Source: the human T2T-CHM13v2.0 reference genome, Homo sapiens
Reading direction: 5' to 3' (one strand)
Length of the DNA stretch: 64,000 nucleotides
NCBI RefSeq assembly: GCF_009914755.1
Contig: NC_060938.1
The notes beneath the pieces were generated by a model. It saw only the letters and a list, made by a program, of their open reading frames with translations. It was not told the origin of the DNA and searched no databases. Position 1 is the first letter of the stretch. The number at the start of each line of letters is the position of its first letter. Below, one piece after another: positions 16,475 through 30,886 of this stretch. Made by a program: the position numbers and the translations under genes.

Positions 16475-17668
16475 CAACCCCCATAGAAGACACAAATTTC
16501 AATTCCCATCTCTGGATTGCTCAGACTACACATGGGCATATATGGAAAGCTTCAACATTCATTTCATTTATCAACTTATTTAGAAAGGCACATTGTATCT
16601 ACCCACTGGGGTGTGGTACATTCCAGGGTTCAAGTCCCTGGTTTATAATCCAAAACCTGTCCTGGCCCTCCACATGCGTGGGTGCTCAGAAACTCCGAGC
16701 GCCTCAGAGGTATTCTCTTAACATCTGATCAAATAATGACTATAAAGAATAATATGCAGTACATACTGTAGATAGTTCCCTGTGCACATAAAAAAATAGT
16801 CTCATACAGCCCAAAGAGCTGTCTGCATCGCTTTTTCTAAAAGTCCACCTATGGTCGGAAAACTAACCTTCTTCAAATGAATAGATTAGCTTAAATTACC
16901 ATGCCATTTTACATTCTCTTCACTGATACACGAATAATAAAACTATGAGGTAAATGCAGGCTTAAATCGAATAATGGGCATAAATAAAAAAATTTTTTGA
17001 CATTAAAAACTCAGTGTAAATTGCACTACAACATACTTGAAAGCTCCCACAATCATAACGTGCACATTGAAATCCATTAACCTAATACCTAGGCTGCTAT
17101 TCAAAAGTAGGGGTCTAGCAGGCAAATAAATACTCATTTGAACACTCCTCCGAAATTACTGCACAATTTGGTTGCAAAGTCACACACTTACAAAGTCTAT
17201 CATCTTTACTTGGTTGCTCTGTAACCAACACTGAAGTCATATAAGGTTACAATGTGGCAGCATGAGATCAACACAGATACCAGCAAATGGTACTAAAAAG
17301 TAGCAGCAAATGTCAAAGACAAACCAGGGTCAGCTTGGAGAGAATGAGATATTTACATAAGCTTTCAGAAAAGACAATGGAGCCCCGATTTCCCCTTAAC
17401 CGCACACCTAATCAACCTCTCTGCTCCTCACCTGATCATTCTGATATAAAAGCAATTTCTACAGTGATACATTCAAAGACCTTAGTTGCCATAAACTCAG
17501 CAGCTGTTAAAAAGATTCTGTTGCACATTCGATTTGCTTTAAGACTCAGCTATTTCCAACCAAAGCTTTCATTTCTTATCCATCTCTACCCCCCTCCAAA
17601 AAAAAAAAAAATAGCTTCATTAACAATATCCTTCTTTGATATGTCATCTGCCAAGGCCATTTTCTTAC

Positions 17669-17828
17669 CTTTGTAACTCACATTTTTTTTCATTTGAGGA
17701 TATTTACCCAAGCAAGGACAATTGTTTGACTGGAATCTTGCAACTTTCAACTTTGCCCAGATTTTGCCATCGTGCAGAAGGGGAATGCCGCAACCCCCGA
17801 CACATCGTTCAGTTGAGCTAATACACAT
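17669..17828 (-). other. Candidate exon (possibly a first exon)
   Basis: Strong donor AAG|GTAAGA; weak acceptor ggattcag; lies in a repeat-free block. Confidence 0.3.
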
Positions 17829-17972
17829 CTGAATCCAGAGCTATATTTTAAATTCTTTTACACTTACTTAATATAGTGCATGCCGCCTGTCCACTGATGC
17901 GATATCAGAAACCTGCAAGCTACTATTTCTGCAACTGTGTCACTGTAGATAGTCTGAAACATGTACGTAGCT

Positions 17973-17986
17973 GTTGCCATGGAAAC
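17973..17986. promoter_or_regulatory. RFX X-box motif
   Basis: GTTGCCATGGAAAC matches the canonical X-box. Confidence 0.6.
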
Positions 17987-19469
17987 AAACACAGCTAGGG
18001 TAGAGTGCCACGCTGTGTTAATTCCTTCACCCATGAACCCCAGGGGAATGCTAACATTCATCTTCTTTCTCCTTTAGTCTCACACTGCTTTAATATTTTT
18101 TTAGCATTATCAAATGATGTACTAAATACATATGGTACACCTGAAAATACGGATGGCTGAAATGAGCCGTGGTACCAACCTAGCCTGCCGGCTGGGCTGT
18201 CTGCTTAAGGTGGTGCAGCTCTGCAATGGATCCTTTCCTGAACTTCTCCTGGGAGAAATAAAGAACTTTGTCTTTCTTTTAAAATGGTGTGGGAAGGACA
18301 GAAAAGGTGAGCATCTTGTCTCCCCTAAGAACAGTTATCCTGGAATGGCACCAGAAGAAAGATGCTATCAGAAATGTACCTTCTCAGTTCTCTGAAAGGC
18401 AGAGGGAGGCCTTGCAAACTTTCTGAAGTGGATCCAAGCTAAGAGTTGTTCTCCCTTCCAAGTAGAGCTGCATTAGCAGGCTATAAACCCAATAGTTTTA
18501 ATTAGGCAAAAGCATAAACCCTTAACAAGGGATTCATCTGTCCCCACTTGGTCTTTATTCCTAAACCCATGCAAGAAGGTATTAAAATGAGTGAGTAGGC
18601 AATGACATGGAAATCTGCCATTATTCAGAAAGGAATTGTGATTTTCCTGGAATTTGAACATTCTCTTTTTTGCTTCAAGTTCATATCTCTGTCCTTATCA
18701 ATGCTTGGACCTGTGAAGAAAAGTCAAACTCATTCACTGCACCTAAAAGCCAAAATGTATGGTTATTGGTGCACTGGGCCACCTTCTCATTATTCAACTG
18801 GTAAGCCGCTTTAAATATTGGGGTAATATTCATCACGGTAGACAAAAGTAAGCTGTTCAAAATCTTAATTACATCATATCCCTTGGGCTGGTTAATAATA
18901 TTCAATCTAGATGAAAATGGCCACATTTTAGATTTGCATGCTGATGTGTTTCACTTGAATACAATTTTCGCACTAAATAATCACTTGTAGGCTTTAAAAG
19001 TGCAGCTCTGTGACCCTGAACTGGCATATTTTAAAGAAACCACTACTTTATTTGTGGGGATTATGGCAAAATTAGCCTAGAAAAGATGAGCAAACTTTTC
19101 CTGTTATTTTCCTAAATTGAATCATGCTTGGCTATTTACTATGATAATAATAATAAATTCATTCCTAAAATAAAGCAGAACAGAAAATGGATATATACAC
19201 ACCTTACTGGTTAAAGAAATTCATCACTTTTTAAAAGCAATCTCAAAAAGATGTTAGGGTCCAGTAGAAAACCTAGTCTTCAAGTATTAGCAGGGCAGGT
19301 AAGGATTACCCTTTAACTAATCACAACCAGTACTCATAAACTTCAGAGGCAGAACCACAGCAATGAAAACTGCAGTCCCTTCCATTAACTTTACATTTCT
19401 GCCTCTTATTTGCTTCAAGTTCAAATCTCTGCCATTATCAATGCCCTTACATTCCTCTAGTATCACAAA

Positions 19470-19630
19470 GCATTTTGACATAGGTTATTTCATTTGACTC
19501 TCATGAGAGTTCCACGAATTAACTTGGTAGGTATCACCAATCTCATTTCACAGAAGATACACTGAGGCTCCAAAAATCAGCAACTGGTCCTAGGCCACAA
19601 GGTAAGTGTCAGACCTTGCTTAGGTCACCT
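19470..19630 (-). mobile_element. MIR
   Basis: tttcatttgactctcat...ctcatttcacagaagatacactgaggctc...cctaggccaca. Confidence 0.6.
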
Positions 19631-19684
19631 GATCCGATGTTCTCTATAGGGGCCGTGCTGCTCCTAAGCATGCTCACAATGCAG

Positions 19685-19958
<274 letters not shown>

Positions 19959-20684
19959 GAGTACTTGACTAGAGTTAACAATAGTTATAAAAGGATAGAT
20001 ACTAAGTATCAGATTAATTGGTTTGGGGATTAACTATGGCTGGTGGTGGAAGTTAGGCAAATCCTCCTCTTTGACCTCACCCACCCATTTCTTCTCCCAA
20101 GGCTTTAGGCTGAGTGCAGCAAGCGCTCCCAGAGCAGATCATCTCAGCCTGCTCACTACACCCCGCGCCACCTTCCTTCCCAGGAGTGCCAGCCCAAGTC
20201 CTGACACCACTCCTCAGAGAGGGCCCTGGAGTGGAAAGATACCTGGGGGGGTCCTTGGGCTTTGGAAGTGAAAGGGGGATTGGGAGCAGCAGTAATTATT
20301 ATATTTAGCCTCCCTAAGGAAGTAAGCCATTCCAGATGCTGGCTGTCATCCCCCTACACCCCGCAATGTTTTTATTGTGGTAAAATACAGATGACATAAC
20401 ATTTACCATCTTAACCACTTTTAAGTGTATAGTTCAGTGGTATTAAATATATTCATAATGACATGCAACCATCACCACCATCCATCTCTACAACTCTGTA
20501 CCTAGCACACAATCACTCCCCATTCTCCATTCCCCCGACCCCAGCCCTTGGTAGCCTTCATTCTACTTTGTCTCTATGATTTTGACTCTTCTACCTCATA
20601 AAAGTGGAACCACGGAATATTTGCCTTTTTGTGACTGGCTTATTTCACTCAGTGTAATGTCCTCCAGGTTCATCCATGTTGTAG

Positions 20685-20995
<311 letters not shown>

Positions 20996-21115
20996 AATTT
21001 TCTTCCATTTTAAGGCTAAGTAATATTTCACTGTACAGATATACCACATTTTATTTATCCATTCATCTGTCGACAGACACTTGCGTTGCTTCCATGTTAT
21101 AGCAATTGTGAATGA

Positions 21116-21443
<328 letters not shown>

Positions 21444-21853
21444 GGATGTATAAATATCTCTGAGACCCTGCTTTCAGTTATTTTGGGAATATACCAGAAG
21501 TGGACTTGCTGGATCATATGGTAATTTTATATTAATTTTTGGGGGGAACTGCCGTACTATTTTCCACAGTAGTTGTACCACTTTACATTCCTACAGCGGT
21601 GTCCAAGGGTTCCATTTTCTCCACATCTTCACCACACTTGTTATTTCCTGTTTGTTTGTTTGGTTTTTTTTTGAAATGTTAGCCATCCTAATAGGTATGA
21701 GGCAGTATCTCACTAATTTCGATTTGCATTTCTCCCCAATGATTAGTGACATTGAGCATTTTTTTAACACTCCTACTGGCTATTTGTATATCTTCCTTGG
21801 AGAAATATCTGCTCAAGTCCTTTGCCCATTTTTGAGTTAGGTTGTTCTTTTAG

Positions 21854-22259
<406 letters not shown>

Positions 22260-22505
22260 CTCTGTCTGGCTGCTTCTTAGCCACACTTATATGCACTAGA
22301 TAACTGAAAGTGAATTTCATCACAATTTGGGTTATTCCTGACCTCCTCCCGAATTACCCTGGATATTGAGAACTACCTGGATTTGGTCACGCTACTGTTG
22401 GGTGAAAGAGGACTTCCTAGAGGTGAATGTTTCCAGAACGCAGAATTGTTTCTAGGTAGGTCTGGGGGTGTTCATGCAGCCACAGAGGCATCCTATGGAC
22501 AGAGC

Positions 22506-22576
22506 TCTTGGTGGTGGGCTGCACACAGAGGGCGGGGGGCTCTTGGTGGGTGGGCTGCACACAGAGGGTGGGGGGA
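22506..22576. repeat. ~35-bp tandem duplication
   Basis: tcttggtgg(g)tgggctgcacacagagggYgggggg x2. Confidence 0.85.
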
Positions 22577-23629
22577 ACTGGGTGCTTTATAAGGATGCTC
22601 CAACTCACAAGTCAATGATTGGACGCTTTGCGATGAAAAGCTTTTCAAAATGGATTGTATATGAAAACAACGAATTGCGCAAAGTCTGTGGCTCACGATT
22701 TAGCCTGTTACAGATATTTTTCACAGCTTGCCTGGCTTTATGAACCTCTGCCCATGATGATAGAGAGGCAATCTCAGAAGCCACAGCAGTGTAGGAGTGT
22801 AGGAAGAGGTCACCCGTCCAGGAAAAGGCCCCACACTAGGGTGATTTCCTAATCCTTGCATTTACATTTTAATATTCTCTGGCCTCCTCCCACCCCACCC
22901 TGCCTGTCAGGGTATCAGCGGGTCTTCTCACTGTGCAAAGTGGCCTGGCTCCCACAGTTCCCTCCTGTTTTGATTCGCATCTAATATGCCAGAGGCTGAG
23001 AAACCAAATAATAGAGTTGATTAGAATTTTGTCTGAAATAAGATGAATACAGGCCTGAGAAACTGTCCCTGAGCACTGAAGTGCCGACTTTTGGAAGTCA
23101 TTGACTCTAGGTCAATTAGCCTAAAGCCAGTTGCCTAATGAGCAATTTGCCTATAATTTAAAACCTTTTTGGGTGTTTTTACATGGGAATGTCTTTTGAT
23201 TTTGATTTTTTTTTTTTTTGCCGTGTCTTTGGCATTATAAGGTTTGTAAATCAAGCCTTCTAAGGGCCTACCCAGCTTGTTTTTAAACTTTACTTTATGC
23301 TTAATTTTAGTTTCTAAATTAAATTAATTTTTGAGATATTGACAGGGAATGCAAAAGACACTCAAAATGGAAGTAAATTTCTGATGAACTGGTTATAAGG
23401 TAAATCGAGAGGAACTGGTTTTAAAGACTCGTTTACGTGTAATTTTCATTTTTTTGCTTGCAAAAACTATCAAGGGAACTGTGACATCTAGTCAGACTAA
23501 AGTGTGCAAACTGCTTCTCACATGTTCCCTGTGCCTCTTTTTCTTTCTTGTCCTATGATTGTACAGGACTCTCCCAGTTGGGGTTGCAGCCTCCACGGAA
23601 GGGGAGTCATTTTGTATTGTTTGGCTTGG

Positions 23630-24051
<422 letters not shown>

Positions 24052-25014
24052 TGATCTTTGCACTGAGGCAATGAGTCAATTGCAGAAGTCTGAGGACCAC
24101 TCACCTGAAAACCCAACTCTTAATGCAAGGAGAGACTGGGAGAAGCTTCACCCAAGGTCAGTGGGCATCTGGCATGATAGAGACTGATGACATCAGCCTT
24201 ATTCAATAGGAGAGGTCAGGGACCTTTACCACTCTGTTTCAAGCGCCCTTTGAGAGGGAAACCAAAGAACAGACCTGCCTTTAAGGCCAGAAGCCAAGCT
24301 GACCTGTGAGATCAGGACCATGCTGGGGGTGTGCCCCTATCCAACAGCATCGGGGCTGGAAAAAGGGACAGGGAAAAATGGGAGATGGTTCTTGTTACCC
24401 TCTGGGCCACTCATCCACTCCGCAGAAAGCAGGTATTGTAACCAGCCTGGTACCCTGACCTGGCCCTGCCGGCTGGTGAGAGGTGGCTTTGTTCCTGGAG
24501 CAGCCATCCCGCAGTTTGTCGTGCAGGCATGGGAGTCACGGGACAGCCTCCCAGAGGAGAGAACTTGACCAGGAAGGCCTCACTCTGAGGATGATTCCAC
24601 AGATGCTCAGGCAGGATTCGGGAAGGAAATTCTCCTATGAATGGAAACGTCTCCTTTTCATTCTGAAATTATCACAGTGAAGTTTGCTTTAAATGTCTCC
24701 TGTTGAGGATTGAGTAGCTAACTGTCCTCAGCATGCATGAACTCCCTCTATCTCTGCATGGAAGACAGTGAAGGGCTCAGATTAATGCGCCCTCCACGGG
24801 ATCGTGTCGCCTGGAGGATGGGACACAGATATCTAGCCATCGAGGAAGTGGTAAGATGTATTTTTTCCTTTTTCTAAATCTGAGGAAATGTTCAACTGTA
24901 CACATGTATCTTATGCTAATCCTTAAGAAAAAATAAAGTTTTTAATACAAGAAGTCACTAGAAATGTGCACGATCAAAATATAAACCATTTATATTAGTG
25001 GGAACTTTTTGTGT

Positions 25015-25458
25015 GTGGCTGTTTTAGTAGAGAACAAATAATACTGGCTTAAATAAAAATACGTTTGTTGGTTTGTTTACTTCTCACACAGCAGCTCACG
25101 ATGGCGGGCAGTCAGGTCGGGAGTGGACGAGCTGGCACTGTGAAGGCAGAAACCGAGGGTTTTTCTACCTTGTTGCTCCAGTATTCCCTAGTGTGTTTCC
25201 CTCCTCTGCATAGTCATAAGTAGCTCACAACCACCTTGACCCTGTCCTAATCAGAGGGAACGAGGAGAAAGGATATGAAGGGCTTGCTCCTTCATTTTAA
25301 AGGAAAAATCCAGAGGGTGTACTCATCCATTCCACATGCATCCATCAGCCAGAAGTTAAGTCATGAGCCATCACTGGCAGAAGCTGTCTGCATAAAGCTC
25401 AGGGGTTCTACTATTCAAAGGAAGAACAGGGAATGGACACTGGTGGAAAGCTAGCAGG
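25015..25458 (-). mobile_element. Old MLT1-type MaLR LTR
   Basis: ctggcttaaat...cagccagaagttaagtcatg...gggttctactatt...gggaatggacactgg pattern of MLT1J/K/L. Confidence 0.55.
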
Positions 25459-25465
25459 GTTTTTA

Positions 25466-25610
<145 letters not shown>

Positions 25611-25622
25611 CACACTAAATAC

Positions 25623-25924
25623 GGCCAGGTGCGATGGCTCACACCTGTAATCCCAGCACTTTGGGAGGCCGAGGCAGTTGGATCACCTGAGGTCAGGAAT
25701 TCGAGACCAGCCTGACCAACATGGCGAAACCCCAACTCTCCTAAAAATTAAAAAAAATTAGCCAGACATGGTGGCATGAGCCTGTAATCCCAGCTACGCG
25801 GGAGGCCTAAGCAGGGGAATCGCTTGAACCCGGGAGGCAGAGGTTGCAGTGAGCCTAGATCCCACATTCCAGCCTGGGCGACAAAGCAAGACTCCACCTC
25901 AAAAAATAAAAATAAAAAATAAAA
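25623..25924 (+). mobile_element. AluS
   Basis: Full dimer; flanked by acactaaat repeats. Confidence 0.96.
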
Positions 25925-26258
25925 ACACTAAATGTATGTGTTTAATGGATATAAAGACATACAGTCAAAATTTACAAACATGCATGGAAATGACAGGCAC
26001 CAAACTCAAGATGGAGTTCCCATGGGACCCTGAAGGAGAGACAAGGTGCAGGATTAGGGAAGGACCGGGGTCTTCAATTATGTCTTCAATGTTTTATTTT
26101 ATTTTAAAAAAAATATTTGAAGCAAATGTTGAGCTCTGCCAAAGTTGGGTAGCAGGTACATGGGTATTTTAGCTCTGTCCATGTTAGAAATAGATCATTT
26201 TTATAAAAAATTGACAACATTTGGCATTATCTCAACTACCCAGCTGCAGCTGACCTCA

Positions 26259-26412
26259 TCATATATTTCACCAATTATAAACTGCACATTTTTCTACATA
26301 GGAATCCTCTGAAATGAGTGCATCTATTAGGCAGCATTTTTTCTTCTTAGCGGTGCATAAAATCATGATACAGTTTACAACTGATGGTGACTTAGATTTG
26401 AAGATGTACAGT
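26259..26412. mobile_element. MER104-like Tc2 MITE
   Basis: tatttca...tgcacattttt...ctctgaaat...ggcagcattttttc...gatggtgacttagattt. Confidence 0.55.
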
Positions 26413-27329
26413 GTATAAATTATATTTCATGGGGAATATGGTGTATTTTAATAAGTGTCGGGGGGAAAGAAGGAGTAGGTGTCTCACAGGGGGTCATCCC
26501 AAGGACTGTGAAGCTCTTAGAGCTGCAGGTGGCTTTAGGGAAAGGGCTCCTGGGCCACCCGTTACGGGGCAGTTTCTGACTTCCAGGCCAATGTTCTTTC
26601 CACTCTATGTTGGTGTCTCTGACAGAGGTCATGCAAGATACAAACTTTCAGACTTATTTTCTCTGCAGCTGAGGAAAACCAAGCAGATAAAAGCCCTCTT
26701 TTATGAGTTCTGAAGTGCTTGAAAATCTCTTACCTGGTGAGAAACAAAAGCATTGAATGGCACCTACAAACTAAACTCAGCCCCAAGCGGGAAGAAAAAG
26801 GAATCGGATCATTTCTGAATCAAAATTTTGCTGAGAGGACACAGCAGACACAGCCATTTGAAGACGACAAAGGCTCCTCCCTCCACCCAAAGCTCCCGGC
26901 CAGCAGAGGTGGCCCAAAGACTCCATGACCCATTTTCCTTTAATGTCTGACACGTGCTACTGCAAACTCTTTTGCAGAAAATTAGCTAAGAATACACTGG
27001 AAACATTGTTCCTTCTATATTATCAAGAATGCAAATCAACCAAAATGAAGAAAAAAAAAACCCATACAGCTGGTTTATCTGAACACAGAAAAATAAATCA
27101 CCATTTATTTTTAAAAAAACATTTATGAAAGTTTTCTTCATTTCTCACATTCAGTTAGTATACAGTTGGCATTTTCAAAATTCAAACCTGGTGTGGATTT
27201 CAAATTCAATGAAGCACATTGGAAGACATCTGAGTGAAAAAATAAAAGTTCTAGCCATATGCTACTGGTGCATGAATTTGAATATTTGAAAGGTAATCTA
27301 GAAATGAGAATGCTTCCAATTCTCCTTAC

Positions 27330-27384
27330 CAACACCGGTAATTCATAGCAACCACACGTTTTATAGATAGAGCCACTTCCCCAT
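27330..27384 (-). other. Candidate spliced exon (55 nt)
   Basis: Acceptor gtcctactgttgtctctcag|; donor TTG|GTAAGG. Confidence 0.3.
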
Positions 27385-28986
27385 CTGAGAGACAACAGTA
27401 GGACCGAGTCAGGGACTGGGCTTCTGGCACAGCCTGGCTCGGTTACAAGTGTGTGATTTTTCACTACATTCACTTGACAACCCCGCAGCTCTGTTTGGTC
27501 ACTGGTGAAGGAGAAATCACGATGCTTGTCTCACCGGGCATATTAACACATAAGAGGGTTTCTAAAATATTCAAGATGGTTAGCAACTGGAGGAAAAGTC
27601 AGAGGATCACACACAATGGCTGCTTCCAAAGACAGATGCGACGCCATGAAACAGGCTCTAATATCAAGCCCATCGGATTTGCCCCTTACTTCTATTTATC
27701 TACATAGCTACAAAGGAAATGACCAGAGCCAAACAGACAGCAGAGACTCTCCTCCTCACCTTGCTCTGACACTTGTTTGCATCCTGGACTAGGAAGGAAG
27801 GTGCCCCCATGCCCCAGCTGGGAGGTTTCCCTGATGGTACCCAGCTAGCTTTGCTCATCCTGTTCCTGGGCCAGGAACTGGGTCACTCAGCCAGAGAATA
27901 TACAAACCAAGTAGTCATGTGCATTGCTAATCCACTCACGTGCATTCAGGGGACACCAACCCCCAGAAGACCAAAATCCATAGCATTATGCTAGCTCACT
28001 TTCCCAGGCACGTGTCAGGAATCCAACCCATGTGTTTGCAGGACGGCTGCATTGCCATGGGGTAAGTCCAAACACTGAATGTTTTGATTTCTATGTATTT
28101 GGAAATGGGAAGTGGATGGCAAGGCTTGTGAGAGAAGTGAGCAATCTTTTACCTCCTTGTTGGTGAGCTGGGAGAACAAAACAATAGCCTTTCTTCTGGA
28201 TCCATACTGGCAATAATTCCCAATGGACTAATTCTTCAATCTGCCCCAGTTTGTGTAGAGCTGTGCTCTTCCCAGGGGCATTAGAGAAGGCCACAGTAAG
28301 GCCCAGAACCACAGCCCTGCAGGAGGAAAGTGTCCAGAACTGCCCATTCCAGGCACCTAAGTCTCTACCACTTCCCCACCAACCAAGTCCAGATTTTAAC
28401 CCTAATCAAAGCTACAAATCTAGGAGAATCTCTGAGGAGTGGCTTCACAGTGGTTAAGCAAAGACACTCTTCTTGGTATAGACTTCTTGTAAGATGACAC
28501 ATCACAATCTTACCACTATTACCAAAGGCAACTCCCTCTAACAGCAACCACGGCCCACAGGACCAGCTGTTACCACTTCCCCAACCCCAGTTAGTCCTGT
28601 CTGGAGACCTGATGCCCAGAGCTCTTGGATCCATTCCCCACTCACCCAGGAACTTCTAAACCAGACATGAGCTTGTAATGAGTACTTTCTTCCCCAACAG
28701 AACTTCATGCATCCCAGAGATGCAGAATGAGAATGATCTCCATCCTGGTCAGCGAAATACAGCATACGGTGGGATAAAGGATTGAAAAAGATGCATGCTC
28801 CGTGAATTACTTCCCCATGTGGTTTCTGCCTGGCTGAGTTATGATGGTCAAATCTTACCTCTGCAGCCTAAACTAGATCAGAGATGCAGCATGACTGAGG
28901 CAGTTTTAGTTGTTATTGTTGTTGTATAGTTCTTTGCTTTAGTCTGTAGGTTGCCTAACGCTACACAGCTAATGAAACACTGTCCC

Positions 28987-30886
28987 CTCTCCCTCTCCCT
29001 CTCCCTCTCCTTCTCCCTCCCCCTCCCCCTCCCCCTCTCCCCACGGTCTCCCTCTGATGCCGAGCGGAGGCTGGACTGTGCTGCTGCCATCTCGGCTCAC
29101 TGCAACCTCCCTGCCTGTTTCTCCTGCCTCAGCCTGCCGAGTGCCTGCGATTGCAGGCGCGCACCGCCACGCCTGACTGGTTTTCGTATTTTTTTGGTGG
29201 AGACGGGGTTTCGCTGTGTTGGCCGGGCTGGTCTCCAGCTCCTAACCGCGAGTGATCCGCCAGCCTCGGCCTCCCGAGGTGCCGGGATGGCAGACGGAGT
29301 TGCGTTCACTCAGTGCTCAATGGTGCCCAGGCTGGAGTGCAGTGGCGTGATCTCGGCTCGCTACAACCTCCACCTCCCAGCTGCCTGCCTTGGCCCCCCA
29401 AAGTGCCGAGATTGCAGCCTCTGCCCGGCCACCACCCCGTCTGGGAAGTGAGGAGCGTCTCTGCCTGGCCGCCCATCGTCTGGGATGTGAGGAGCCTCTC
29501 TGCCTGGCTGCCCAGTCTGGAAAGTGAGGAGCGCCTCTTCCCGGCCACCATCCCATCTAGGAAGTGAGGAGCGTCTCTGCCCGGCCGCCCATCATCTGAG
29601 ATGTGGGGAGCGCCTCTGCCCTGCCGCCCCGTCTGGGATGTGAGGAGCGTCTCTGCCCGGCCGCCCCGTCTGAGAAGTGAGGAGACCCTCTGCCTGGCAA
29701 CCGCCCCTTCTGAGAAGTGAGGAGCGTCTCCGCCCGGCAGCCACCCCGTCCGGGAGGGAGGTGGGGGTCAGCCCCCGGCCCGGCCAGCCGCCCCGTCCAG
29801 AAGGGAGGTGGGGGGGTCAGCCCCCCGCCCGGCCAGCCGCCCCGTCCGGGAGGTGAGGGGCGCCTCTGCCCGGCCGCCCCTACTGGGAAGTGAGGAGCCC
29901 CTCTGCCCGGCCAGCTGCCCCGTCCGGGAAGGAGGTGGGGGGTCAGCCCCCCGCCCGGCCAGCCGCCCCGTCCGGGAGGTGAGGGGCGCCTCTGCCCGGC
30001 CGCCTCTACTGGGAAGAGAGGAGCCCCTCTGCTCGGCCAGCCGCCCCGTCCGGGAGGGAGGTGGGGGGGTCAGCCCCCCGCCCGGCCAGCCGCCCCGTCC
30101 GGGAGGTGAGGGGCGCCTCTGCCCGGCCACCCCTACTGGGAAGTGAGGAGCCCCTCTGCCTGGCCAGCTGCCCCGACCGGGAGGGAGGTTGGGGGGGTCA
30201 GCCCCCCACCCGGCCAGCCGCCCCGTCCGGGAGGGAGGTGGGGGGGTCAGCCCCCCGCCTGGCCAGCCACCCCGTCCGGGAGGTGAGGGGCACCTCTGCC
30301 CGGCCGCCCCTACTGGGAAGTGAGGAGCCCCTCTGCCCGGCCACCACCCTGTCTGGGAGGTGTACTCAACAGCTCATTGAGAACGGGCCAGGATAACAAT
30401 CGCTGTTTTGTGGAATAGAAAGGCGGGAAAGGTGGGGAAAAGATTGAGAAATCGGATGGTTGCCGTGTCTGTGTAGAAAGAGGTAGACACGGGAGACTTT
30501 TCATTTTGTTCTGTACTAAGAAAAATTATTCTGCCTTAGGATCCTGTTGATCTGTGACCTTACCCACAACCCTGTGCTCACTGAAACATGTGCTGTGTCC
30601 ACTCAGGGTTGAATGGATTAAGGGTGGTGCAAGATGTGTTTTGTTAAACAGATGCTTGAAGGCAGCATGCTCGTTAAGAGTCATCGCCACTCCCTAATCT
30701 CAAGTACCCAGCGACACAAACACTGCGCAAGGCCGCAGGGTCCTCTGCCTAGGAAAACCAGAGACCTTTGTTCACTTGTTTATCTGCTGACCTTCCCTCC
30801 ACTATTGTCCTATGACCCTGCCAAATCCCCCTCTGCGAGAAACACCCAAGAATGATCAATAAAAAAAAAAAAGAAAAAAAAAAAAA
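28987..30886 (+). mobile_element. Full-length SVA retrotransposon (SVA_C/D-like)
   Basis: (CCCTCT)n hexamer, antisense Alu-like domain, GC-rich VNTR (~29420-30360), SINE-R, AATAAA at 30858, poly(A); TSD gaaacactgtccc at 28974-28986 and 30887-30899. Confidence 0.98.

Noticed and set aside
26898-26915. CTCF-like ggccagcagaggtggc
   Set aside because: Mismatches at core consensus positions.
28951-30855. Overlapping 80-166 aa ORFs
   Set aside because: Translations of the SVA Alu-like, VNTR and SINE-R sequence.
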